From: a virus
Taxonomy: Duplodnaviria > Heunggongvirae > Uroviricota > Caudoviricetes > Straboviridae
Virus record (IMG/VR): IMGVR_UViG_638277085_000001
Coordinates: 99,399-163,398 of that record
Strand: one strand, 5' to 3'
Length of the DNA stretch: 64,000 nucleotides
This document shows, one piece after another, positions 1-9,853 of the stretch. The notes under the pieces were generated by a model. The model saw nothing but the letters and a program-made list of their open reading frames with translations, was not told where the DNA came from and did no database searches. The position numbers were made by a program, and so were the translations under genes. Within the stretch, counting starts at the first letter, position 1; every line of letters starts with the position of its first letter.

Positions 1-2
1 AC

Positions 3-167
3 ATCAATGAAGACGGCGGTCGGCATGTTTACATGTATGTAAAAGAAGAGAACAAGTATGGTCATCTTGATTGGGCTATGTGTAAAGGTGATGTGTTTTA
101 TATGAAAGACCGTGTGACGGTTACTGCTGACGATTATGAATACTGTCGTGATGCTGAATTTTTCTAA
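3..167 (+). CDS. 3' end of hypothetical protein (partial, window edge)
   Basis: Frame 3 is open from the window start to TAA at 165-167. Confidence 0.5.
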   Translation: MNEDGGRHVYMYVKEENKYGHLDWAMCKGDVFYMKDRVTVTADDYEYCRDAEFF

Positions 168-176
168 GGGTTAAAG

Positions 177-782
177 ATGAAAAGAGTTGAGTTACACAAG
201 AAAGTGGTAGACAAGCAAGCTGTTCTTCCAGATCATTCTCATGTGCAAGTTGAGACGTATTACCACACGTACAAGGGTTACATGAATTATCTAACTGGTT
301 TGCGTGGTGTAGATGGTGATCAGTATCTGCTTGTTACAGATGATGGTCGTTTTGTTCGAGTAGAAGAGAAGCATCTAAACGGTCAAGAGCAGAAACAGCG
401 CAAGATCAGTGGTGGTTTAATTGATGTACGAGCGCGTTTGCAACTGCCAGCGAAAGATTGGGATTGGTATGACTGTATCTGGCGTAATGGTAAGATTGTT
501 TACAAGTACCGCGAGACAGATTTCGTTACTGAAGAACACGAGTTAGTGGTTGGTGAGATAGTAGACATTTACGAGTCTAACGACTTTAATGGTGATTATC
601 CGCATGATGCTACAGTGGTGTTATCTAGACCGAAGCAAATGGTACTTGAAGCATATGGTAAACTAGTAGTGTTTACAGTGCCGAAAGAGCCATGTGGTGA
701 TAGTTTAGTCTCTGATTGTGGTGATTATCGTATTGCTGGTAATTACGCCGCGAGTGAATACGACGAAGAACTGCATTCGTAA
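177..782 (+). CDS. hypothetical protein
   Basis: 201 aa ORF co-oriented with neighbours, ends at promoter/terminator cassette. Confidence 0.7.
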   Translation: MKRVELHKKVVDKQAVLPDHSHVQVETYYHTYKGYMNYLTGLRGVDGDQYLLVTDDGRFVRVEEKHLNGQEQKQRKISGGLIDVRARLQLPAKDWDWYDCIWRNGKIVYKYRETDFVTEEHELVVGEIVDIYESNDFNGDYPHDATVVLSRPKQMVLEAYGKLVVFTVPKEPCGDSLVSDCGDYRIAGNYAASEYDEELHS

Positions 783-789
783 TTGAAGA

Positions 790-840
790 AAAGGGTTGAC
801 GCTTGTCAGCCCTTTCTTGTATTATCTCTATATCGAAACG
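790..840 (+). promoter_or_regulatory. sigma70 early promoter with -35 inside a terminator hairpin (PeSL-like)
   Basis: TTGACG 796-801, TATTAT 820-825; hairpin AAGGGTTGAC-GCTT-GTCAGCCCTT; ATCGAAACG leader. Confidence 0.85.
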
Positions 841-865
841 ACATCGACTAACTAGAGAGAAAATT

Positions 866-1222
866 ATGTTTAACGCTACTACTGTTCTGAATCAACTAAC
901 TGCTTCAAACCATGGTCATTCACGTCTTGTTGCCATGACTGGTGCTAAGAATATCATGCAATCTGTAGAAAATCGTTTTGTTTCTTTCAAGTTGCCGAAA
1001 GCAGTACGTGGTATTAACTACGTGAAAATCACTCTGACTGACGCTGATTTGTATGATATTGAGTTTGGTAAGCAATCTAGCAAAGCTTGTCCAGACATGA
1101 AAGCAATTGGTATTAAAGTGATGATGCCGCATTACGCTCAGAAGAAAGTCGTAAATGGTGTATACAACGACATGCTAAAAGAGATTTTCGAGCAAGAAAC
1201 TGGTCTTTATTTGTCACTTTAA
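866..1222 (+). CDS. hypothetical early protein
   Basis: True ATG at 866 after AGAGAGAAAATT leader; track start at 803 runs through the promoter. Confidence 0.8.
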   Translation: MFNATTVLNQLTASNHGHSRLVAMTGAKNIMQSVENRFVSFKLPKAVRGINYVKITLTDADLYDIEFGKQSSKACPDMKAIGIKVMMPHYAQKKVVNGVYNDMLKEIFEQETGLYLSL

Positions 1223-1225
1223 GCA

Positions 1226-1270
1226 AAAAGTGGTTGCATGGTGTAGCCACTTACTGTATTATCTCTATAT
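1226..1270 (+). promoter_or_regulatory. sigma70 early promoter with hairpin
   Basis: TTGCAT 1234-1239, 17 nt spacer, TATTAT 1257-1262; AGTGGTTGCA...TGTAGCCACT stem with G-U pairs. Confidence 0.85.
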
Positions 1271-1301
1271 CGAAACGAGAACGACTAACAGAGAGAACAT
1301 T

Positions 1302-1583
1302 ATGTTTAACCAAGTAGAAAGCAAAATCCGTGAATTCAAGACACGCATCGAAGCTAACGAAGAGCCGACTATCGTATGGCCCGAGTTAGCAGAGTACATC
1401 GAAACGCTATTGAAATTCGCTGGTGTTACTATTGGTTGGGGTGATTTCAATGAAATGATTATTGAACATATCTCTAGTTGGGAAGATGTATCGTGGGAAT
1501 ACACTGAAGCGCGTTACCAGCCAAACAACATTGAGCTTGTGAAGTCTATTCTATTGCCATTTGCAGTGTTCAAAAACTACTAA
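1302..1583 (+). CDS. hypothetical early protein
   Basis: ATG after GAGAGAACATT leader. Confidence 0.8.
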   Translation: MFNQVESKIREFKTRIEANEEPTIVWPELAEYIETLLKFAGVTIGWGDFNEMIIEHISSWEDVSWEYTEARYQPNNIELVKSILLPFAVFKNY

Positions 1584-1606
1584 TTCGCCAAAAAAGAGAG
1601 AAAATT

Positions 1607-1996
1607 ATGCAAAATAACACCGAAATTCGCCGTGTAATCAGCGAAAAAGCACTTGAATTACGTCAAAACACCGAGATTTTGAGTGATGACGACTCTTACA
1701 CGTGTCATATTCTTGAAGATCACGTTGCTGACACGCTTGGCGAGCATTGTCGCTTAGAAAGTATGCTTCTCATTCATGATCTTGGTATTGCTTTTTGTAA
1801 GCATGTACGCGCTGAACCAGAAGCTGTTTTCGGTCGTGAATTGAATTCAACCACGGTTGAATACATCGACGAGATACTTACACACAAGCTTACTGCATTT
1901 GTACATAGCATTTCGCGTTCATTTGACGATGACGAAGGTATTGAGTTTGCAGATGTGCGTAAAGCATGGTTAAAATTCTTGATTAATTCACTATAA
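1607..1996 (+). CDS. hypothetical protein, paralogue of 2333-2746
   Basis: Shared AFVHS/T..RS(F/Y) and RKAWL(K/Q)FL motifs. Confidence 0.75.
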   Translation: MQNNTEIRRVISEKALELRQNTEILSDDDSYTCHILEDHVADTLGEHCRLESMLLIHDLGIAFCKHVRAEPEAVFGRELNSTTVEYIDEILTHKLTAFVHSISRSFDDDEGIEFADVRKAWLKFLINSL

Positions 1997-2002
1997 AGTG
2001 CA

Positions 2003-2050
2003 AAAAGTGGTTGCGTGCTGTAGCCACTTTCTGTATTATCTCTATATCGA
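2003..2050 (+). promoter_or_regulatory. sigma70 early promoter with hairpin
   Basis: TTGCGT 2011-2016, 17 nt, TATTAT 2034-2039; AAAGTGGTTGC...GTAGCCACTTT stem. Confidence 0.85.
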
Positions 2051-2072
2051 AACGAGATACAGAGAGAACATT

Positions 2073-2321
2073 ATGAACTTAATCACACGCAGCAAAATCA
2101 ATCACGATTCACTTTGGCTTAAAATCATTGCTTCTGACAAGAGCGAAGTAAAGCTATTCATCGGTCGTACTGGTGTAAAAATCAGTCACAAAACGACTGC
2201 TGCTTCAGCTACTGTTATTCGTGAAGTTGCGAACAACGTAAACAAAATGTTCAATGAGCTATACAAGAGTGGTTTGCCTTACGGTCAAATCATTGAGAAA
2301 ATCGAAGCCGCTTACAAATAA
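2073..2321 (+). CDS. hypothetical early protein
   Basis: ATG after GAGAGAACATT leader. Confidence 0.8.
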   Translation: MNLITRSKINHDSLWLKIIASDKSEVKLFIGRTGVKISHKTTAASATVIREVANNVNKMFNELYKSGLPYGQIIEKIEAAYK

Positions 2322-2332
2322 GGGATAAAAAT

Positions 2333-2746
2333 ATGTCTTACAATGTCGTGCCAGTTATTAAGAAAACAGCTTTAGCCATGTCTGAAGACGATTCACTCTT
2401 ACGTGACACGTTCGCGTATAGCTGCTGTGTCGTCTGTGATAAGGCAGCACTTGAAATCGACGATGAATTGCCAGAGAGTGATTATGCCGTAATCTGGACA
2501 ACTTGCAATCGCTTTGTTGAAAAAGCAGGTGAAGCGTTCTTGCGTCGAGTAATTGCCGATACCAAGTCTGTCCTTGGCTTTGATATACCGCAATTGGTTA
2601 AAAACGAGATTCTAGAAGATCTTGAATACGATATGGTTGGTGCTTTTGTTCATACACTAGCGCGTTCATACGGGCCGTTGAATGAAGAGCATTTTGTACT
2701 TGCTCGTAAAGCATGGCTGCAATTTTTATCAAAATATGAGGGTTAG
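2333..2746 (+). CDS. hypothetical protein, paralogue of 1607-1996
   Basis: Shared C-terminal motifs; AGGGA RBS. Confidence 0.75.
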   Translation: MSYNVVPVIKKTALAMSEDDSLLRDTFAYSCCVVCDKAALEIDDELPESDYAVIWTTCNRFVEKAGEAFLRRVIADTKSVLGFDIPQLVKNEILEDLEYDMVGAFVHTLARSYGPLNEEHFVLARKAWLQFLSKYEG

Positions 2747-2748
2747 AA

Positions 2749-3099
2749 ATGACTTTAGCTGAATTAGCAGTAGACCATCCGTATTACTGTGCTGACTGTA
2801 ATTACTACAGTCGCGAAGCTGGTGCAACTTACGACACAATGAAAGAGTTTTTAGACGAGTTCGAAGACGCTGACGTTGACTACAACCTTGTTTTTCGTTG
2901 GGATGTAAAGCCGATTTTAGACGATGAACACGACAAGCCAACTGGTGAGTTTTACGCTGAAGTCTTTATCATGCAGCAACGCAAAGGTATTTTCGCGCCG
3001 TTTTACATTCGTTCTATTACGGAAGATGACGTGCCGCGTTTTGTCGAGTACTTGAAGCCGCATAAAGAACGTCTTGAGCAAATCTGGATGCCGCTATGA
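2749..3099 (+). CDS. hypothetical protein
   Basis: 116 aa, GAGG RBS, tightly packed. Confidence 0.7.
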   Translation: MTLAELAVDHPYYCADCNYYSREAGATYDTMKEFLDEFEDADVDYNLVFRWDVKPILDDEHDKPTGEFYAEVFIMQQRKGIFAPFYIRSITEDDVPRFVEYLKPHKERLEQIWMPL

Positions 3100-3344
3100 T
3101 TCTGAATATCTTAATGTGGTACTTCGGGATTGCACTTGTGTACTTTCTTTACTGTGAAGCACACGACTGGATTTTGTACTTCAAGAACGGTCGTCGTGCA
3201 GACAACAAGTTCCCGATTACACACTCTGGCACTCATACGCTTTATTTGTTTATGGGTTTATTATGGTTCCCTTTGATGTTACTTTTGTTAAAGTGTGAAC
3301 TTGAACTGCGTTTTAAAATGGTGAAACTATGGCTGAAGAAGTAA
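3096..3344 (+). CDS. hypothetical membrane protein
   Basis: Two hydrophobic segments; ATGA overlap. Confidence 0.65.
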   Translation: MILNILMWYFGIALVYFLYCEAHDWILYFKNGRRADNKFPITHSGTHTLYLFMGLLWFPLMLLLLKCELELRFKMVKLWLKK

Positions 3345-3640
3345 AAGACTATGACCGCGCTGTTGTCGTGATCAACTATAAGAGTGGTAGAGCCGTTGCG
3401 TTTTGGGTTTATTCCTTTACGCATGAAGAAACGATGCGTGGCGCGTCTGTTGAGTGGCATTCAGCGACCAATCCGCTTGATGAAAAAGAGAGTAATGAAC
3501 TTCGTGAGCGTTTAGCACGTCAGAACATTGCATTGTTAGAAGACCCAGTTCGACTCGCTACCGACGTTTCAGACATTGAAAGTATCTGGGTAGCAGAGCG
3601 TTATCTAGGTCAAGATGGGGAAATTCCAGAAGATGAGTGA
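3329..3640 (+). CDS. hypothetical protein
   Basis: 103 aa in gene train. Confidence 0.65.
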   Translation: MAEEVKDYDRAVVVINYKSGRAVAFWVYSFTHEETMRGASVEWHSATNPLDEKESNELRERLARQNIALLEDPVRLATDVSDIESIWVAERYLGQDGEIPEDE

Positions 3641-3863
3641 TTTAATTGCAGGTATTGTCGGCGTGTTCGTCGTCCTTTTCATGGCAATTGTCGGTCTAGT
3701 GTGGTCGATTATTGAGTTTATCATTGGTGTGCTTGTGCTACTAGGGGCAGTAGTAGTGGGTATTATCGCGACTGTACTAGGCGCTGCAATTGCAACGATT
3801 GCATGGCCATTTGTAGAAGCGCGAAAAGCTTACAAAGAACACCGTCGCAAGAAGAATGATTAA
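3633..3863 (+). CDS. hypothetical membrane protein
   Basis: Long hydrophobic stretch and basic C-terminal tail. Confidence 0.65.
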   Translation: MSDLIAGIVGVFVVLFMAIVGLVWSIIEFIIGVLVLLGAVVVGIIATVLGAAIATIAWPFVEARKAYKEHRRKKND

Positions 3864-4176
3864 TCTAAGATCATTGATTGCCAGAGTCAAACAAGAACGT
3901 GATGGCCCCGTAATGGATGAATGTCGCTGTACTGTATGTCATAAAGACTTTGCAGTTACAGATTGCATTCATGATTACGGGCATCATGACGGTTGGGAAA
4001 TGCCGCCTTATACTGAAATTCAATGTCCCGAATGTGAATGTGGCGGTTGTATTGAAGATTTCTGGTCGAGCGATAAAGCCGTTCTTGAATATGGTGAATA
4101 TCTTCAAGAGCACGAATCGAGTCGATTTGAAGAATACAAGTCGTATTTCCCAGATGTGTATGGAGAGACAAAATGA
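3856..4176 (+). CDS. putative zinc-binding protein
   Basis: CRCTVC and CPECECGGC motifs. Confidence 0.65.
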   Translation: MINLRSLIARVKQERDGPVMDECRCTVCHKDFAVTDCIHDYGHHDGWEMPPYTEIQCPECECGGCIEDFWSSDKAVLEYGEYLQEHESSRFEEYKSYFPDVYGETK

Positions 4177-4607
4177 TTTACCGTTTCTGGAAAACACCCG
4201 ATAATATCTGTCTCATTGAAATGACAGACGACCATGCCAACGAAGGCACACGAGCTTACATGACCGATATGCATGATCTATACAATGAAAATCATGGTCG
4301 TTATATGCTTCTTGGTAACGTTCATTCTTGGGGTACGATTGACTTCACCACTTACGATATCCGTGAGTTACGTTGTCTCGGTTCGATTGAAACTGAAGAA
4401 CTGACGCTTTCGGCACAAGATAAATCAGTCTTGTCTCGGACGGTTGGTAAAGAAGGGTTCGATTACGCCATGTTGCATTACAGCGATTACCAGTCTGTAG
4501 AGTATAATGTCGTCGAGTCAAGAGAGTTTCACGCGCTGAGAAACAACTTGATTAACGCACGAACTGAACTCGAAACGTGGTTACAGCTACAAGGGATAGT
4601 AGAATGA
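4173..4607 (+). CDS. hypothetical protein
   Basis: ATGA-coupled 144 aa ORF. Confidence 0.65.
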   Translation: MIYRFWKTPDNICLIEMTDDHANEGTRAYMTDMHDLYNENHGRYMLLGNVHSWGTIDFTTYDIRELRCLGSIETEELTLSAQDKSVLSRTVGKEGFDYAMLHYSDYQSVEYNVVESREFHALRNNLINARTELETWLQLQGIVE

Positions 4608-4789
4608 ACGTAGGTGATGTTGTTAAAGTCACTGCTGCGCCAGCTAGTCGTTATCACAACATCGACGGTCAGCCAGTGACTATAATTGCAATTACTGAAC
4701 ATGACAACAAGCCGTTGTACGTGTTCTTTCATGGCGGTCAGAACGGCACTGGTTATGGTGCAATGCAAGAACACGGGTTTAAACGATGA
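4604..4789 (+). CDS. small SH3/KOW-like hypothetical protein
   Basis: MNVGDVVKV start pattern; ATGA overlap. Confidence 0.55.
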   Translation: MNVGDVVKVTAAPASRYHNIDGQPVTIIAITEHDNKPLYVFFHGGQNGTGYGAMQEHGFKR

Positions 4790-4937
4790 ACAAAATGTAC
4801 GCCGTCCGTTCTTCTCTATACGGGTTGTTATGGAAAGTCGTTATCTTCGCGGACAACTACGACCGCAGAACTGTTTCATATCATTTCACTTACAACGGGG
4901 CTTATGAGCTTTGTCGTAAGCTAAACGAGGAAAGGCA

Positions 4938-5405
4938 ATGATACAGGTACAACAAGTTTCACTAGACATTGACCAATGGCTTGAATATGCTTTGCAGAAA
5001 TTCGAAGACGCGAAATCGCAATATCTCAAAGCCGTTGCTAAAGCGAATGCATTCTCATGGGAGAAAGAAGAACCAGTTCTGGTGAAAACGTTCTTCATGG
5101 AATACGGCGGTGAAAGCGATCCTCGTTATCTGCTTGAGTTCTGGTCTGAAGTCAATGCATATATTGACGAGCACACGAGCGACAACTGGCAGTTTTGCTA
5201 TATTGAAGAAAACGAGTATGACGCCAACGATGACCCGTATGAAGATTATGAAATGCTATCGACTTCTATTGCAGTATATGCAACGGTCAAAGGCGACGAT
5301 TACACGCAGTCTGAAGAGTATCGAGCATTGAAAGATGACGTTGATCTCTGTCTAGAGCATCTATTAGAATGCAAGGAAAATTTCAAACGGGAGTTTAACA
5401 AATGA
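4938..5405 (+). CDS. hypothetical acidic protein
   Basis: GAGG RBS, 155 aa. Confidence 0.65.
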   Translation: MIQVQQVSLDIDQWLEYALQKFEDAKSQYLKAVAKANAFSWEKEEPVLVKTFFMEYGGESDPRYLLEFWSEVNAYIDEHTSDNWQFCYIEENEYDANDDPYEDYEMLSTSIAVYATVKGDDYTQSEEYRALKDDVDLCLEHLLECKENFKREFNK

Positions 5406-5728
5406 GCCAAATGGAATACAATAAAGGCGTATTGCATCCAACTAGCAAGTCGATTGAAGAACTAGCTGAAGAGCTTGTGACAGATTTACCAAGCTATTAC
5501 GATTCTAAAGTCGAATATCTCTTGGATAATCACGTCGATTATGGGCTAGTTTTGGTTTGTGACAAGCCTTACACTGTCACTTTTGAAGCCGAACGCGAAG
5601 ACCTATATCATCTTGCACGTGCTGACGTTCAAGAAAACGGTGATATTCATTTCGAGACGTATCACTATAACGGTGGTGCTCATTGGACTGAAGTAGTAGA
5701 AGATGCATTACGTGAGGTTAAGCAATGA
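5402..5728 (+). CDS. hypothetical protein
   Basis: ATGA-coupled. Confidence 0.65.
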   Translation: MSQMEYNKGVLHPTSKSIEELAEELVTDLPSYYDSKVEYLLDNHVDYGLVLVCDKPYTVTFEAEREDLYHLARADVQENGDIHFETYHYNGGAHWTEVVEDALREVKQ

Positions 5729-5897
5729 TCATTCTTGAGTTCATTTTTACTCTATTAGCCGCATACGCAGGGAACTACATCGGTCGCTATATCACGGTGA
5801 ATAATGGCACATACACTAAGCCGTACCCGTTTGCGTTTGAAAATCTAAATCACGAAGTCAATTGGGTATTGGCGATTGTACTAATGGTGATTATCTA

Positions 5898-6482
5898 ATG
5901 GCAAAACTTTACTACAATTATTCCGCTATGAACGCGGGCAAATCTGCACAGCTATTACAAGCTGCTCATAACTACGAACAAACTGGTTCTACTGTGTGGT
6001 ATTTTAACTACTATCAAGACGACCGTTTTGGTGGTGTTGGCAAGATCTCAAGTCGTATTGGCTTAGAGCATGACGCAGTGTTATACAGTGAAGAGTTCGA
6101 TTTCATTGACTATGCTTTATTTGAGCGAGTTCCAGCCGCGATTTTCGTCGATGAATGTCAGTTCCTTACTGAGAAACAAGTACTTCAGCTTGCTACGCTG
6201 GTTGATCAGTACAACATTCCAGTGCTTTGTTACGGTATACGCAATGATTACATGGGTAATTTGTTTGCTGGTTCTGCTGCATTGATGTGTCATGCCGATG
6301 AGATTCGCGAAATCAAAGCCATGTGTTCAGTCGAGGGTTGTCATAAGAAAGCAACTCATATCGGCTTGTATATCGGTGGTGAGCGTGTAACACAAGGCGA
6401 ACAGACATATATTGGTGATACTGATTACCGTAGTATGTGTCGTAAGCATTTTCTAAGGGATGCAAATGGACAGAGTACTTGA
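5898..6482 (+). CDS. tk: thymidine kinase
   Basis: YSAMNAGKS P-loop, SSRIG, VDECQF, YGIRND, C-terminal zinc cysteines. Confidence 0.95.
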   Translation: MAKLYYNYSAMNAGKSAQLLQAAHNYEQTGSTVWYFNYYQDDRFGGVGKISSRIGLEHDAVLYSEEFDFIDYALFERVPAAIFVDECQFLTEKQVLQLATLVDQYNIPVLCYGIRNDYMGNLFAGSAALMCHADEIREIKAMCSVEGCHKKATHIGLYIGGERVTQGEQTYIGDTDYRSMCRKHFLRDANGQST

Positions 6483-6768
6483 ATTGGAGTCGCAGATTGC
6501 GGCTCTGCAACGGGAATTACAAGACGAGCGTAACCGATGTCGTCATACTCGCGTTACATATGAGTTCAAGTCGAATACGGGTAATTACGATCCGCATTCT
6601 GATTGCTACTGGAATGAAGTGCAGTGCATTGACTGCGGTTCTCGTATGCACTTCGACTCAGATGATGACAATGTGAATTATCGTCTTGCTGGTGTAATCG
6701 GTTCTGAAGGTAAAGTTGAGAAGCACGATTACGAGACATATTTGAAAGTGAAAAAGGAACTAGAATGA
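6460..6768 (+). CDS. hypothetical zinc-binding protein
   Basis: CRH and CIDCG motifs after a coiled coil. Confidence 0.6.
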   Translation: MQMDRVLELESQIAALQRELQDERNRCRHTRVTYEFKSNTGNYDPHSDCYWNEVQCIDCGSRMHFDSDDDNVNYRLAGVIGSEGKVEKHDYETYLKVKKELE

Positions 6769-7115
6769 AGTACGTACGTTATACTGAATTCAACGACAAC
6801 GAAGGCGAGACATGGCATCGTTTTATCCCGATGACAGATCCGTGTTTAGACAAGTTTCTAGATGTCATGAAGCTAGTTGAAGATGACCCCGAAGAAGCGT
6901 ATTCGATTGAAGTCGATGCCAACGGAAAGCTTGTCCAATACGATGAGTCATACGTAAAAGTGCTAGTGGACGAAGCAGCCATGTATATGAGCGGTTACAT
7001 GAACATGTATGCCGTATGTAATATTAACGAAAAGCTATTCGAATGGGTTGCCGATGTCGAAAATGACGTTGAAGCAGTTTGCGAAATGCTATACAAGATG
7101 GGGTGGGCGAAATGA
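6765..7115 (+). CDS. hypothetical protein
   Basis: ATGA-coupled. Confidence 0.65.
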   Translation: MKYVRYTEFNDNEGETWHRFIPMTDPCLDKFLDVMKLVEDDPEEAYSIEVDANGKLVQYDESYVKVLVDEAAMYMSGYMNMYAVCNINEKLFEWVADVENDVEAVCEMLYKMGWAK

Positions 7116-7435
7116 GCCAAGCACTATATGACGCAGTAAAAGCGTACAACGACGAACATGGTTATTCAAACGAGCCAGATTCGATGTACGAGACGTTTGT
7201 AGAATGTCTAAGCAAACGCATTGTACAAGAAGAAACTGAATCTGAGCATCGTTGGTATGATGTTCGTTCTGTGGTACATGCTGTTGACATCGACGGGACA
7301 GAGCGATACTTCCAGACCTTTGATTATCATATTACTGGTGATAACTGTGCCAGTGACATGGATTTAGACATGCCGACGCTTGATGATGTAACAGAAGTTC
7401 ATCCGCATCAAGTAACCATGACTGTTTACAAGTAA
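7112..7435 (+). CDS. hypothetical protein
   Basis: ATGA-coupled start at 7112. Confidence 0.65.
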   Translation: MSQALYDAVKAYNDEHGYSNEPDSMYETFVECLSKRIVQEETESEHRWYDVRSVVHAVDIDGTERYFQTFDYHITGDNCASDMDLDMPTLDDVTEVHPHQVTMTVYK

Positions 7436-7728
7436 TGGACATCGGTACATTAACTGCGTTATGTGAGCGGGCAGCGTTGTTGTCTGTTCACTTACCAGTT
7501 GAGAAGCGTGACCGTTGTCTATCTATGATTGATGTGCTTCTAGCGAATTCACATTGGCCCGATCTAAAGATTGGTGGATGGTTAGAGCACATTATCACAG
7601 TGTGCATTGAAAACGGTATAACGACTATCGACGCAGAGCGTGAATTCAGCCGTCCGATAAAACATGCGTATTACAGAAGTATAGGTCTTGAACCGCCAGT
7701 TACTATTGACTTATCCAGAGCCCCTTAA
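7435..7728 (+). CDS. hypothetical protein
   Basis: TAATG-coupled; stop lies in the terminator loop. Confidence 0.6.
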   Translation: MDIGTLTALCERAALLSVHLPVEKRDRCLSMIDVLLANSHWPDLKIGGWLEHIITVCIENGITTIDAEREFSRPIKHAYYRSIGLEPPVTIDLSRAP

Positions 7729-7745
7729 TTGGGGCTTTTTTAGGT
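7719..7745 (+). terminator. intrinsic terminator, repeated copy 1
   Basis: AGCCCC-TTAATT-GGGGCT-TTTTT; 27 nt identical to 27017-27043. Confidence 0.9.
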
Positions 7746-7793
7746 CTGAAGAAAAATAAAAGAAAAAAGTTTAAGTTTTTTTGCAAAAAGTGG

Positions 7794-7838
7794 TTGCATG
7801 GCGAATGGTAATCTCCTATTATAGCTACATCGAAACGA
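7794..7838 (+). promoter_or_regulatory. sigma70 early promoter
   Basis: A-tract UP element, TTGCAT 7794, 17 nt, TATTAT 7817, CATCGAAACGA. Confidence 0.85.
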
Positions 7839-7877
7839 GATACACAATCTTAAACGACTTAACTAAGAGAGAACATT

Positions 7878-8477
7878 ATGCCAAGCAATCTGAACAACAT
7901 CAAAATCAAAGACATTCGCGAATTCGGTATCAGCACTATCTCATACAAAGATTTCACTATCTTTGCTACTGAAGAAGCTGACGAGATTGTTCTACGCGCT
8001 GCTGTAGAATACGATGAGAACTCAGACGCTCACGTATCAGTTACTGAAGTATGTGGTGACACATTGAAAGAAGCGAAAGCTTACTTGCAAGCTGAATTGA
8101 ACGACGTTGAGCACACTGCTGGTCAGATTGCTGAAATGGCGATTGCTCTTGACTTCACTGGTCAATACGACGTTCTAGTTGAGAAATTCAACGCGCCGAA
8201 AGCGAAGCCAGTTGCAGTAGTCGCTCCTGTAGCTAAAGTATCTGCTCCAGTAGAAGAGACTAAGCCAGCGCCTAAGAAGACTAACGCACGCGGTGCTGCT
8301 GCACGTGAGCTAGTCGCTGAGAAAGCAACTGAAGTTACAGGTCTGACTGACATCACTTTCGAACAGCGTGGCAAATACAAAGACTGGTACATCATGGGTA
8401 CTGACGCTGAAGGCGAAGCATTTGAGCAACGTCTAGACGTATTCAAGAAGAAACTAGTAGTAATGGGAGCATTGTAA
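7878..8477 (+). CDS. hypothetical early protein with Ala/Pro/Lys-rich linker
   Basis: Conserved leader; two domains joined by AKPVAVVAPVAKVSAP linker. Confidence 0.8.
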   Translation: MPSNLNNIKIKDIREFGISTISYKDFTIFATEEADEIVLRAAVEYDENSDAHVSVTEVCGDTLKEAKAYLQAELNDVEHTAGQIAEMAIALDFTGQYDVLVEKFNAPKAKPVAVVAPVAKVSAPVEETKPAPKKTNARGAAARELVAEKATEVTGLTDITFEQRGKYKDWYIMGTDAEGEAFEQRLDVFKKKLVVMGAL

Positions 8478-8656
8478 TGGTTAATCAAGTACGACGTATC
8501 AATGGTGATGATTACATTGTCAAGTCTCACCGTGACAACAAGTGTGAAGTACAAAAGCTTTCACATATTGAATTAGTTCTTGACACGTACGACGTTCACG
8601 AGCTAGAATCTTTCGAACTTATTACAACACTATCTGATACTTTTTAAGGACATATT

Positions 8657-9217
8657 ATGAACATCAAAGCAGGTCAAATCGTAGTTTCAACGGCAACATC
8701 ACACAAGTCAGTTGGCAAGAATGGCGAGTACGGATTGGTTATGCACGCCAACAACACTCTAGCAATCGTATATTGGCCAAACGCAGGTCGTTGTGTCAAA
8801 CAGTTTTTCAAAAATGCGACTATTGCATATGCGCCGTCTAGAACTACGTTTAATACCAATATCAATCGCGATAAAGCCGAAGCTGCATACGCACAATACA
8901 AAAACGATACTAAACCAGCAAAACGCAAACAAGAAAGTGAAGATAATAGTCAACCGTCATTGAATACGCCGATGGGATATGCAGTTGCGTTGATGCGCAA
9001 TGACTTATCAGCACGAGAACTAATTTCGATGCATGATGGTCTTATTTCGTCTGAGCAAATGTATTTGAGACACGTTGAGCGAGTTACTGGCGAATCAGCC
9101 TCGATTCACAGTGCGAAGATACAGTTACAGAAAACACTGCGTGCTCAAGAGCTATCAGAAATCGACGCAGAGATTAAGCGCCTTGAGCAACTAAAAGCAC
9201 AACTTGCAAACAAATAA
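8657..9217 (+). CDS. hypothetical protein
   Basis: AAGGA RBS; C-terminal coiled coil. Confidence 0.7.
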   Translation: MNIKAGQIVVSTATSHKSVGKNGEYGLVMHANNTLAIVYWPNAGRCVKQFFKNATIAYAPSRTTFNTNINRDKAEAAYAQYKNDTKPAKRKQESEDNSQPSLNTPMGYAVALMRNDLSARELISMHDGLISSEQMYLRHVERVTGESASIHSAKIQLQKTLRAQELSEIDAEIKRLEQLKAQLANK

Positions 9218-9249
9218 AACTTTATACCCAAACTTGAGAGAAAAACATT

Positions 9250-9807
9250 ATGAACAAATCAGTACAACTAGTAATCGCATTCGCTGGAACTTACATGCCA
9301 ACTGCATACGAACTTGGTCAGAACTTCTATGATGAAAGCAAAAGCAAGACATATATTGACTCGGTGCGTCGTCAATGTGCTAAAGAGCTTGAAGAAGGCG
9401 TGAAAGCGGGATTGCTAACTCGTGTTAAAGGTAAGAAGTATGCTGGTTCAACTAAGTTCGCGCATCGTTACACATGTCGTAAGTACGCTGATAAGATTGG
9501 TCTAAAGAACGTACCTTACCGTGACGGTCGTAATGCTCCACCACGCACTGGCATTATTGCACTGATTGAAAAATGCGTTGCTGAAATGATTATCGACAAA
9601 ACGTACCGTCACAAGAAGTTCACTTCAAACGAAGTTGGTATCGCTACTGTCATTCAATACATTCGCGAAGGAAAAACACCTGCTGCACGCAAGATCTTGA
9701 GCAGCCACGCGAACACATATGAAAAGAACGTGAAGTACGTTGTTCGCAATCACCGTGGTGTTCTTGATGACAAAGGGCTTAACTTACGCGACTTAGTGAA
9801 AGCATAA
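9250..9807 (+). CDS. hypothetical basic protein
   Basis: GAGAGAAAAACATTATG leader; Lys/Arg-rich. Confidence 0.75.
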   Translation: MNKSVQLVIAFAGTYMPTAYELGQNFYDESKSKTYIDSVRRQCAKELEEGVKAGLLTRVKGKKYAGSTKFAHRYTCRKYADKIGLKNVPYRDGRNAPPRTGIIALIEKCVAEMIIDKTYRHKKFTSNEVGIATVIQYIREGKTPAARKILSSHANTYEKNVKYVVRNHRGVLDDKGLNLRDLVKA

Positions 9808-9853
9808 TGCAACCAATAGATGTAAGAGATAGAATTGAACACGGGGCTACCAA

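Noticed and set aside
1230-7972. Track ORF starts such as MVAWCSHLLYYLYIETR, MQKVVACCSHF and the 7781-7972 ORF, which look like a conserved peptide family
   Set aside because: They are translations of the conserved promoter DNA. True ATGs lie downstream of the GAGAGAACATT leader.
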